64,000 nucleotides of DNA from the NCBI GenBank assembly GCA_963813935.1, contig CAWFAR010000005.1, forward strand, positions 376,944 to 440,943. The letters are read 5' to 3'. The position numbers and the translations under genes were made by a program. The stretch is from an uncultured Actinomycetota bacterium. Lineage in GTDB: Bacteria; Actinomycetota; Actinomycetes; Mycobacteriales; Mycobacteriaceae. Below are positions 47,633 to 56,445 of this stretch, in pieces. The notes under the pieces were generated by a model. The model was not told where the DNA came from. It saw only the letters and a list, made by a program, of their open reading frames with translations, and did not search any database. Each line of letters begins with the position of its first letter. The first letter of the stretch is position 1.

Positions 47633-48082
47633 ATGACGACAGCGGCTGACGAGCTGGAAGCGATCCGGCAGTTGAAGGCGCGGTACTGCCGGTTTCTCGA
47701 TACCAAAGATCTTGAGGGCTGGCGCGGCGTGTTCACCACCGACGTGGTGGTCTCCCTGGATATGGCGGTCTCCACCGCAGGGGCAGACCCCAAGATGGCG
47801 CCGCCGATCGAAGGTGCCGACAACTTCGTTCCGATGGTGATGGGCAGCCTCGAGAATGCGGCCACCATGCACCACTGCCACACCCCGGAGATCACCCTCA
47901 CCTCAGCCACCGCCGCAACCGGCATCTGGGCGATGGAAGATTGGATCATCTTCGGCGACGGCCATGAGTTGCACGGCGCGGGTCACTATCGCGAGACATA
48001 CGAGAAGCGCGACGGTAACTGGCAGATCAAGACCCTGCATTTGACCCGAACCATCCTGAAACTAAGTGGTGACGATGGTTGA
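47633..48082 (+). CDS. NTF2/SnoaL-like fold protein
   Basis: ATG 47633 follows AAGGAG. AIRQLKARYCRFLDTKDLEGWRGVFT is typical of SnoaL_4/NTF2-like proteins. Confidence 0.7.
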   Translation: MTTAADELEAIRQLKARYCRFLDTKDLEGWRGVFTTDVVVSLDMAVSTAGADPKMAPPIEGADNFVPMVMGSLENAATMHHCHTPEITLTSATAATGIWAMEDWIIFGDGHELHGAGHYRETYEKRDGNWQIKTLHLTRTILKLSGDDG

Positions 48083-49697
48083 AGCCGACGCACAGCTCGA
48101 CGCGCTCGTCATCGGCGCCGGATTCTCCGGTCTGTACATGCTGCATCGGCTGCGGCAGCTCGGAATACGGACCCGGGTGCTGGAGATGGCCGAAAACGTA
48201 GGCGGGACCTGGCTGTTCAACCGATACCCCGGGGCACGGTGTGACATCGAGAGCATCGAATACTCCTACAGCTTCTCCGAAGATATTCAGCAGGAATGGG
48301 TTTGGACGGAGTCGATGCCCGCCCAGCCCGAGGTCGAGGCCTATCTGAACTTCGTCGCCGACCGACTCGATCTTCGCCGCGACATCCAGTTCGACACCAA
48401 GGTCGTTGCGATGAACTTCGACGAAGACACCGCTGTGTGGATGGCGCAAACCGAGTCTGGCGAGTCCTTCGCCGCGCCGTTTGTGGTGGCCGCCTCCGGC
48501 ATCCTGTCGGCGCCGCTGGAGCCTGACATCCCGGGAATGGCCAGCTTCACCGGCACATCGCTGTTCACCAGCCGCTGGCCGAAGGGGGACTGCGACCTCG
48601 TCGGAAAGCGGGTCGGCGTCATCGGCACCGGCTCGACCGCTGTTCAGCTCATCCCGGTAGTGGCTCGGGAGGCCTTGCAGCTCTGTGTTTTCCAGCGTTC
48701 GCCGGCGTACACGCTGCCGTGGCGAGTGCGGCGCTTCGAGCCCGGCGAGCTGGACGAGATGAAAGCTCGTTACGGCGAAATCCGGGCCGCCCAACGGGCA
48801 CACCCGATCGGGGCGGCGCGACTGAGCGCCTTCTCGGTGCTGCTGGAGATGCTGGGCAGGCCACCGTTGAAGTCGGCGACCCGCGAAGAGCAATTGCGCG
48901 CCATCGAGGAGCACGGCGTCATGGGCGCGCTCAACTGGAGCGACATCTTCTTCGACATCGAAGCCAATCGGATGGCTGCCAAGTTGTACGGAGAGGCGGT
49001 GGCCCGGATTGTCAAGGACCCGGAAACAGCGGCTTCGCTGGTGCCCGTGCATCCGTTCGCGTGCAAGCGGCCGATCATCGACCAGGACTACTACGAGACA
49101 TTCAACCGGGATAACGTCACACTCGTCGACCTGCGCAAGACGCCGATCCGCGAGGTCACGCCCGGCGGCATCCGCACCGAGCACGATTCGTACGAACTTG
49201 ATGTGATCATCTACGCCACCGGGTTCGACGCTATGACCGGTGCGCTGAGCCGTATCGACATCCGCGGTCGCGACGAGGTGTCGCTCGGCGAATTCTGGGC
49301 CAGCGAGGGTCCGCTGTCCTATCTTGGGTTGGCGGTCGCCGGCTTTCCCAACCTTTTCACGATCCAGGGTCCGGGCAGCCCGAGCGCCGCCACGAACTTC
49401 GTCGCCGCACTGGAGCAGCATGTGGAGTGGATCAGTGACTGCATCGCGTACCTGCGCGCCCGCGGAATCCGGACCATCGAAGCGCTGGCCACCGCGCAGC
49501 AGGAGTGGATCGACCACGCCACCGCGCTTGTCGCGCCGACGGTGCTGGTTCACCCGTCCTGCAACTCTTGGTACAACGGTGGCAATGTGCCTGGCAAGAA
49601 ACGGATGTACATGGCCTACACCGGCGGAATCCCCGAATATCGGCGCCGCTGCGATGAAATCGCGACCGGCGGATACACCGGTTTCAAGCTGGCTTAG
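48066..49697 (+). CDS. Flavin-dependent (type I Baeyer-Villiger-like) monooxygenase
   Basis: The FAD GxGxxG motif is VIGAGFSG, followed by GGTWLFNRYPGARCD and a second Rossmann motif VIGTGSTAVQ. The fingerprint region reads FTGTSLFTSRWP. The start is GTG 48066 or ATG 48075, overlapping the previous gene. Confidence 0.8.
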   Translation: MVTMVEADAQLDALVIGAGFSGLYMLHRLRQLGIRTRVLEMAENVGGTWLFNRYPGARCDIESIEYSYSFSEDIQQEWVWTESMPAQPEVEAYLNFVADRLDLRRDIQFDTKVVAMNFDEDTAVWMAQTESGESFAAPFVVAASGILSAPLEPDIPGMASFTGTSLFTSRWPKGDCDLVGKRVGVIGTGSTAVQLIPVVAREALQLCVFQRSPAYTLPWRVRRFEPGELDEMKARYGEIRAAQRAHPIGAARLSAFSVLLEMLGRPPLKSATREEQLRAIEEHGVMGALNWSDIFFDIEANRMAAKLYGEAVARIVKDPETAASLVPVHPFACKRPIIDQDYYETFNRDNVTLVDLRKTPIREVTPGGIRTEHDSYELDVIIYATGFDAMTGALSRIDIRGRDEVSLGEFWASEGPLSYLGLAVAGFPNLFTIQGPGSPSAATNFVAALEQHVEWISDCIAYLRARGIRTIEALATAQQEWIDHATALVAPTVLVHPSCNSWYNGGNVPGKKRMYMAYTGGIPEYRRRCDEIATGGYTGFKLA

Positions 49698-49708
49698 TTG
49701 GTTCAAGG

Positions 49709-50851
49709 GTGAGCGGCATGGCTAAGGCATTGAGCGGTCTAGGCCTCGCCAAAGACGTGGCCCGCGAGCTCGGCATGGTGCTGCCGCGTACGGTAGCCGG
49801 ACTCAACGAGTCGACCGGCTGGGTCCCGGCGTCGCGGCGCGGCATGCGTCAGTTCGGCGAGGTCATGCTCGACGAGCTTGTCCTGAGTGGCTTCTCGTTG
49901 CTGGGCGGGGCCCCTGCAGCAGTGCGGTCGCTGAGTGCGTGCTCTGCGGCGGCCGAGGAGTTGTCGGAGCTGGGCATCGACCGTGCGCATGCCGATCCAA
50001 AACCGGTACGGGTGACGGCGTTACGGCGACGGCGCATCGGCGGGCTGGCGTATGAACGGATGACGTTCGAGCATGATCCGGCGCTGCCGAAGACGCTGGA
50101 AGCCGAGGGCTTTGGTGGCCCGGCGAGGGCGGTGGTACACCTGTGCCGGCACCGCGACGGCCCGCGGCCGTGGCTCATATGGGTACACGGCGCCGGTCAG
50201 GGCGGCACGGAAGACCTATTGCTGTCTCGAATCGGCCGGATACATCACAAGCTGGGTTTCAACGTCGCGATGCCGGTGCAGCCCGGCCACGGTTGCCGAC
50301 GCCGCGAATGGCCGGCCTACCCGGACATGGATCCATTGGGCAACGTCGCCGGCATGATGCGCGCGGTCTCTGAGGTACGCGCCGTTGTGCGATGGGCGCA
50401 GCCGCAAGCCACCGCCGTTGTGGTATCTGGGATTTCGATGGGTACTCCGGTCGCCGCGCTGGTTTCCCACCTGGAGAGGCAGATCGACGCGGTTGCGCTG
50501 TATACCCCGATCCTGGGGCTCAACGCGATGATCGCGCGACACTTGGCGCGGTGGGGGCCATCTCGTAACGGGTTCCGGGAGCTGTTGGGTTCCCCGGAGG
50601 TCTCAAAGCTGACCTCGGTGATCGACCCACTCGCAGTCGACCCGGCCCCGCCGCCGCAGCGCCGGCTCATTGTCGGTGCGTGGCACGACCGAATGGCGAT
50701 GCGCGAGCCAACGATTGCGTTGCAGGAACGCTGGGGCGGCCAGCTGTACTGGTACGACGGCAGTCATGTCGGTCACGTGTTCTCCCGGCGCGTGCAGCGG
50801 GTCACCGAGCGATTCCTCCGCGGCGTGGCCGATGACGCGGCGGTCGGGTGA
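49709..50851 (+). CDS. Alpha/beta hydrolase
   Basis: 380 aa. The nucleophile elbow is GISMG, with WVHGAGQG upstream and DGSHVGH near the C-terminus. Confidence 0.7.
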   Translation: MSGMAKALSGLGLAKDVARELGMVLPRTVAGLNESTGWVPASRRGMRQFGEVMLDELVLSGFSLLGGAPAAVRSLSACSAAAEELSELGIDRAHADPKPVRVTALRRRRIGGLAYERMTFEHDPALPKTLEAEGFGGPARAVVHLCRHRDGPRPWLIWVHGAGQGGTEDLLLSRIGRIHHKLGFNVAMPVQPGHGCRRREWPAYPDMDPLGNVAGMMRAVSEVRAVVRWAQPQATAVVVSGISMGTPVAALVSHLERQIDAVALYTPILGLNAMIARHLARWGPSRNGFRELLGSPEVSKLTSVIDPLAVDPAPPPQRRLIVGAWHDRMAMREPTIALQERWGGQLYWYDGSHVGHVFSRRVQRVTERFLRGVADDAAVG

Positions 50852-51243
50852 TGGCAGCCATGCGGACCGCACGCGAAGTGGTCGAGCTCTACAACCTCGT
50901 GGTCTGGAACGAATGCGACCTGGCGCTGGCCGAGGAGTTGTTCGCCGACACCGTCATCCGGCACGAGGTGGGGGAGGCGCACACCCTGACCCGCGAACAG
51001 GCGGTCAATCGGGTCAAGGCCGTCTGGGAGATGTTCGACAAGTTGCGCTTCGATTTGAATATCGTGATTGCCGGCGAAGACGGTGAGCACATCGCGATCG
51101 TCTACGACTCGACAATGACCACCAAGGACGGGACCGAAACCAACACCGACACCAAGGTTGCCAGCATCGAGGTGTTCCGTGTCGTCGACGGCAAGATCAC
51201 CGAGGTCTGGAATTGCGGCTACAAGCAAGGGGTTTGGAATTGA
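50848..51243 (+). CDS. SnoaL-like / ester cyclase-type NTF2-fold protein
   Basis: 131 aa. AREVVELYNLVVWNECDLALAEELFADTVIRHE...FRVVDGKITEVW is typical. The start overlaps the hydrolase stop. Confidence 0.7.
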   Translation: MMAAMRTAREVVELYNLVVWNECDLALAEELFADTVIRHEVGEAHTLTREQAVNRVKAVWEMFDKLRFDLNIVIAGEDGEHIAIVYDSTMTTKDGTETNTDTKVASIEVFRVVDGKITEVWNCGYKQGVWN

Positions 51244-52283
51244 GCGATCGCGCGCTTGACGAATTGGGCTACTACCTGCTGGCCGGGGCCGGAGGTGAGG
51301 GACCGGCGACCCTGATGGACGAGGCGCGCCGAGGCGAGGAGTTGGGCTTGGGCACCGCGTTCATCTCCGAGCGGTGGAATGTCAAGGAGGCCTCGTCGCT
51401 CGTCGGCGCCGCGTGCGCGGTGACCAACCGGATGCAGATCGCCACCGCCGCAACCAATCACAACACCCGTCATCCACTGATAACCGGATCGTGGGCCACC
51501 ACCATGCACCGGCTTTCCGGTGGCCGTTTTACCCTGGGCATCGGTCGCGGCATCGCCGCGATCTACGGAGCGTTTGGCATCCCTGCGGTGACGACCGCGC
51601 AGATGGAGGATTGGGCCCAGGTCATGCGCCGGCTCTGGCATGGCGAGGTGATCTTCAACCATGACGGCCCGATGGGAAAGTACCCCATCCTGTTTCTGGA
51701 CCCGGACTTCAAGGAAGATATTCGCTTGGCGTTGGTGGCTTTCGGTCCCCAGACTCTCGCGCTCGGCGGCCGGGTGTTCGACGACGTCATCCTGCACACC
51801 TACTTCACCCCGGAGACGTTGCAGCGCTGCGTCGAGACCGTCAAGTCCGCCGCGGAAAAGGCGAACCGCGATCCTGACAGCGTGCGGGTGTGGTCGTGCT
51901 TTGCGACGGTCGGCGACCACCTTCCCGAACAGCTGCGGCTGAAGAAGACAGTCGCGCGTCTGGCCACCTATCTGCAGGGGTACGGCGATCTGATGGTACA
52001 GACCAATAATTGGGATCCCGCTGTGCTGCAACGGTTTCGGGCAGACCCCGTGGTGACGTCGATCGCGGGCGGAATCGATCACAAGGCCACGTCCGAGCAG
52101 ATCGAGCACATCGCGACACTGATTCCAGACGAATGGCTGGAGCCGTCGGCGACCGGGTCAGCCCAGCAGTGCGTGGACCGCATCCGTAAGGAATTCGACT
52201 ACGGGGCCGACGCGGTGATCATGCACGGGGCGACGCCCGATGAGCTCGAGCCGGTCGTCGCGGCCTATCGAAGCAGCGTCTAG
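51240..52283 (+). CDS. LLM-class (luciferase-like) F420-dependent oxidoreductase
   Basis: The TTG 51240 start overlaps the previous stop. LGYYLLAG...LGLGTAFISERW...GGRFTLGIGRG is an LLM fold. Confidence 0.75.
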   Translation: MSDRALDELGYYLLAGAGGEGPATLMDEARRGEELGLGTAFISERWNVKEASSLVGAACAVTNRMQIATAATNHNTRHPLITGSWATTMHRLSGGRFTLGIGRGIAAIYGAFGIPAVTTAQMEDWAQVMRRLWHGEVIFNHDGPMGKYPILFLDPDFKEDIRLALVAFGPQTLALGGRVFDDVILHTYFTPETLQRCVETVKSAAEKANRDPDSVRVWSCFATVGDHLPEQLRLKKTVARLATYLQGYGDLMVQTNNWDPAVLQRFRADPVVTSIAGGIDHKATSEQIEHIATLIPDEWLEPSATGSAQQCVDRIRKEFDYGADAVIMHGATPDELEPVVAAYRSSV

Positions 52284-52305
52284 CGTCACTCGCGCCGCCG
52301 AAACG

Positions 52306-53802
52306 CTAGGGCATGATGACGGTCCGGGTCACCGGTTCGGCGGCGGCCTGCCGGCTGGACAGGCCGCGAAGCAAGGATGCGAGCAACGCGTCGCGTGTCT
52401 CGCGGGGGTCGATGAGTTCGTCGAATCCCATGTGCTCGGCCGACCGATACGATGCTTGCAGCTCGGCGTTGCGCAGCTTCGCGGAGAGGTCTTCACCAGC
52501 GTGCGACGCCCTGCTCAGCGCTGCCGCGCTCATGGCACCCATCGTCGCGCCGGGGTAGGCGAAGGTCGCGACCTGGTGGTCGAAACCCAGCAGCGACATG
52601 ACCATGGAACCGAACCCATATGCCTTGCGCAGCGTGAGGTGCAGCTTCAACGTGCTGGCTGCCGTCTGGGCGGCAAACATTCGTGCGCCGGCACGCAGCA
52701 CGCCGCTGCGCTCGGACCGACTGCCGGGCAGCATGCCGGGATTGTCGGCGAGGAAGACGATCGGCAGATGGAACGAGTCGGCCACCATGATGAAGTGCGC
52801 CGCCTTGTCCGCGGCATCGGCGTCGATGGAGCCGGCGAGCACCTGGGGCTGGTTGGCCACCACCGCGACCGGATGCCCGCCGAGATGAGCCAGCGCGCAG
52901 ATGATCGCCTTGCCGAACTGCGGCTGGACCTCGAACCAGTCCGGGCGGTCGAAGATCACGTCGAGCACGGCGCGCATGTCATAGACGCGGCGGTTGTCGC
53001 GGGAGACGATGTCGAGCAGTTCCGGTGTCTGCCGCGGCTCGCTGGTCTCGTCGGCGGGCAGCGGCGACGGGTACGACCACGCACTGGGCGGGAAGTACGA
53101 CAGGTACCGGCGGATGTCGTCGAGCACGGCTTCGTCATCCTCGGCGACATTGTGGATTACCCCGCTGGGTAGTGCGACGTCCGGTCCACCGAGGTCCTCC
53201 TTCGAGATGTCTTCTCCGGTCGACTCTTTGACGACAGGAGGCCCGGCGGTGAAGATTGCGCCCTGAGCGCTCATGATTCGGAAGTCGCACACCGGGGCCA
53301 CCAGTGCGCCATGCCCGGCCGAGGGACCGAGCACGGCGGCGACGATCGGGACACGACCCGAGCACTGCGCCTGGGCAAGCAGGTCGGTCGGGGTGCGGCC
53401 GTAATGCCCACCGGTGGGACGAAAGCCCGCGCCTTCGAGCAGCATCACCAGCGGAATCTTGTCGCGTAGCGCCAGTTCGGCGATGCGGTATCGCTTGGAG
53501 TTGCCGCCAGGTCCGATGCTGCCGGCCATCGTGGTGAAGTCCTCGGCGCCCAGCATCACCGGCGAGCCGTTGATCGCACCGGAGCCGACGACGAGCCCGT
53601 CGGCCGCGATCTCACCGCCGACGAGGGTGGCGAGCTCGCGGAACGTGCCGGGGTCAAGCAGCCGCTCGATTCGCGCGCGGGCGTCGAGCTTGCCCTTGCC
53701 CCGGTGCTTGTCGAGCCGCTCGGGCCCGCCCATGGCCCTCGCATGCTGACGGCGGCGATCGAGATCCTCGAGCGTCTCCGCCCAGTCCGGCGGTTTTGTC
53801 AT
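52306..53802 (-). CDS. Acyl-CoA carboxylase carboxyltransferase (beta) subunit family protein
   Basis: 498 aa with two crotonase-like CT halves (MAGSIGPGG..., VANQPQVLAGSID...). No biotin carboxylase or BCCP gene is in the window. Confidence 0.85.
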   Translation of the reverse strand: MTKPPDWAETLEDLDRRRQHARAMGGPERLDKHRGKGKLDARARIERLLDPGTFRELATLVGGEIAADGLVVGSGAINGSPVMLGAEDFTTMAGSIGPGGNSKRYRIAELALRDKIPLVMLLEGAGFRPTGGHYGRTPTDLLAQAQCSGRVPIVAAVLGPSAGHGALVAPVCDFRIMSAQGAIFTAGPPVVKESTGEDISKEDLGGPDVALPSGVIHNVAEDDEAVLDDIRRYLSYFPPSAWSYPSPLPADETSEPRQTPELLDIVSRDNRRVYDMRAVLDVIFDRPDWFEVQPQFGKAIICALAHLGGHPVAVVANQPQVLAGSIDADAADKAAHFIMVADSFHLPIVFLADNPGMLPGSRSERSGVLRAGARMFAAQTAASTLKLHLTLRKAYGFGSMVMSLLGFDHQVATFAYPGATMGAMSAAALSRASHAGEDLSAKLRNAELQASYRSAEHMGFDELIDPRETRDALLASLLRGLSSRQAAAEPVTRTVIMP

Positions 53803-53863
53803 GCTTCTGTCCTACCTCGTGCAGATGCAGTCGCGCACCTAGATGAGTAGGGTCACATACTGG

Positions 53864-53880
53864 ATTGCTTACTGTAAAGT
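53864..53880 (-). promoter_or_regulatory. Recurrent promoter/operator motif, site f
   Basis: The minus strand reads TTACAGTAAGCAAT (53864-53877), oriented toward the carboxyltransferase gene. On the plus strand, TAAAGT (53875-53880) lies exactly 7 nt before ATG 53888, which suggests a leaderless LLM transcript. Confidence 0.4.
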
Positions 53881-53887
53881 TACCCGC

Positions 53888-54910
53888 ATGGGTAGCAGCC
53901 CCCGCGTCAAGATCGATGGGGGCATCCCCAATCGACTTGCCGGGGTGGCCGAGGCAGCCGCGGCTCTGGAACAGCAGGGGTATGACGGGGGCTGGACAGC
54001 CGAAACCAGTCATGACCCGTTTCTGCCGCTGCTGCTCGCCGCCGAACACACCTCCCGACTCGAGCTCGGCACCAACATCGCGGTAGCGTTCGCGCGAAAT
54101 CCGATGATCGTCGCCAACATCGGTTGGGACCTGCAGGCGTACTCGAAGGGCCGATTCATTCTTGGGCTGGGCACCCAGATCCAGCCCCATATCGAGAAAC
54201 GTTTCAGCATGCCGTGGAGTCACCCGGCGCGCCGGATGCGCGAATTCGTCTCCGCGCTGCAAGCGATCTGGTCCGCGTGGAAGGACGGCACCAAGCTCCG
54301 TTTCGAGGGTGATTTCTACACCCACAAGATCATGACTCCGATGTTCACCCCTGAGCCGCAGCCCTATCCAGTGCCGAAGGTCTTCCTCGCGGCCGTCGGC
54401 GAAGCGATGACCGAGATGTGCGGCGAGGTCGCCGACGGCCACCTCGGTCACCCGATGGTCTCGAAGCGCTACCTCGATGAGGTGACGGTGCCGGCGCTGC
54501 GGCGTGGCATGCAGCGCTCCGGCCGCGATAGCAGTGACTTCGAGGTGTCCTGCGAAGTGCTCATAGCCACCGGTGAGGACGACGCCGAACTGGCAACCGC
54601 CACCGCCGCGGTGCGCAAGCAGATCGCCTTCTACGGATCGACGCCGGCCTACCGGAAGGTCCTCGAGTTGCATGGCTGGGGCGATCTGCATACCGAACTG
54701 CACCGCCTTTCCCTTGAGGGGGAGTGGGACACCATGGGCTCGCTCATCGACGATGAGATGCTCGCGGCTTTTGCCGTCGTCGGCCCGGTCGACACAATCC
54801 CCGCAGCCCTGAAAAGCCGCTGCGAGGGCGCCGTCGACCGTGTCCTGCCGATCTTCTTGACCGCTTCGAAGTCCTGTATCACCGCCGCACTGAAAGGGTT
54901 TCGCGAGTGA
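53888..54910 (+). CDS. LLM-class F420-dependent oxidoreductase (TIGR03617-like)
   Basis: Start chosen at ATG 53888. WTAETSHDPFLPLLLAAEHT...GRFILGLGTQI is typical of this LLM subfamily. Confidence 0.8.
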   Translation: MGSSPRVKIDGGIPNRLAGVAEAAAALEQQGYDGGWTAETSHDPFLPLLLAAEHTSRLELGTNIAVAFARNPMIVANIGWDLQAYSKGRFILGLGTQIQPHIEKRFSMPWSHPARRMREFVSALQAIWSAWKDGTKLRFEGDFYTHKIMTPMFTPEPQPYPVPKVFLAAVGEAMTEMCGEVADGHLGHPMVSKRYLDEVTVPALRRGMQRSGRDSSDFEVSCEVLIATGEDDAELATATAAVRKQIAFYGSTPAYRKVLELHGWGDLHTELHRLSLEGEWDTMGSLIDDEMLAAFAVVGPVDTIPAALKSRCEGAVDRVLPIFLTASKSCITAALKGFRE

Positions 54911-56141
54911 GCACAACGACGATGGACGAGGCCGCCAAGTTATTGGCAGATCCGCTGGCGTACACCGACGAGCAGCGGCTGCACGCCGCACTGGCTCACC
55001 TGCGCGCCAGCGCGCCGGTGTCGTGGGTCGACGTGCCGAACTACCGGCCGTTCTGGGCGATCACGAAACACGCTGACATCATGGACATCGAACGCGAGAA
55101 CATGCTGTTCACCAACTGGCCACGCCCGGTCCTGACCACCGCGGAAGGCGATGAGATGCAGGCCGCCGCAGGGGTACGCACGCTGATCCACATGGACGAC
55201 CCGCAACACCGGGTGGTGCGTGCGATCGGCTCCGACTGGTTTCGCCCAAAGGCGATGCGGGCGCTGAGGGTTCGCGTCGACGAACTGGCCAAGATCTACG
55301 TCGACAAGATGATGGCTGCGAGCCCCGAGTGCGACTTCGTTCAGCAGGTTGCGGTCAATTACCCGCTTTACGTGATCATGTCGTTGCTGGGCCTGCCGGA
55401 GACCGATTTCGGACGCATGCTCAAGCTGACCCAGGAGTTGTTCGGCAGCGATGACTCTGAGTTCAAGCGCGGCAGCGCAAACGAGGATCAGCTGCCCGCG
55501 TTGCTCGACATGTTCCAATACTTCAACGGTGTGACGGCGTCACGCCGCGAGCATCCGACCAAGGATCTCGCGTCGGCGATCGCCAATGCCCGCGTCGACG
55601 GCGAACCGCTGTCGGACATCGACACCGTCTCTTACTATCTCATCGTCGCCACCGCAGGCCACGACACCACCAGCGCCACCATCTCCGGTGGGCTGCAGGC
55701 ACTCATCGAGAACCCGGACCAGCTTGAGCGGCTGCGCGACAATCTCGACTTGATGCCACTGGCCACCGAGGAGATGATCCGCTGGGCCACCCCGGTCAAG
55801 GAGTTCATGCGCACCGCCGCCAAGGACACCGTCGTGCGCGGAGTACCCATTGCGGCGGGCGAATCCGTACTGCTGTCGTACGTATCGGCCAACCGCGACG
55901 AGGATGTCTTTGACGATCCGTTCCGCTTCGACGTCGGGCGCGACCCCAACAAGCATTTGGCCTTCGGCTATGGCGTGCACTTCTGTATGGGTGCGGCCCT
56001 GGCCCGCATGGAGGTCAACAGCTTCTTCTCCGAGTTACTCCCAGGCTCGAATCCATTGAGCTGACTGGTGATCCGGAACTGGTCGCCACCACTTTCGTCG
56101 GTGGCCTCAAACATCTGCCGGTTCGCTACTCGTTGGCGTGA
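54907..56141 (+). pseudogene. Cytochrome P450 with a C-terminal frameshift near 56040-56043
   Basis: The intact-frame ORF ends at 56064 (…FFSELLPGSNPLS*). A shift at CTCCCAGG reads on as RLESIELTGDPELVATTFVGGLKHLPVRYSLA*, a canonical P450 C-terminus ending at 56141. The heme loop FGYGVHFCMGAALA lies upstream of the lesion. Confidence 0.65.
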
Positions 56142-56445
56142 CCCGGCTCCGCTAGATAGCGTCTGAGATCTGTTTGAATAGCCGGGCCGTGATTATGAGC
56201 GATTACCGCTTAGATATCCGCCCAGATAGCGCTTGAGGCCCGCGTCTCAGTCAAAGCAGTCGGGCCAAATCGCCACCCAGTTTGCCAACAGCGCGGCGGT
56301 GAAGGTCTTGGCGACCGCCCTTCGCGCCCCGGTCGTTGAGCGATCCGCTTAAATACCTTGCCTGAACTCCACGGTCGCTATTGGGTCACCAATTAGTCAA
56401 TGACAATCGCTGGTGATCGATACACTCCCGGTGGAGGACCAGGCA

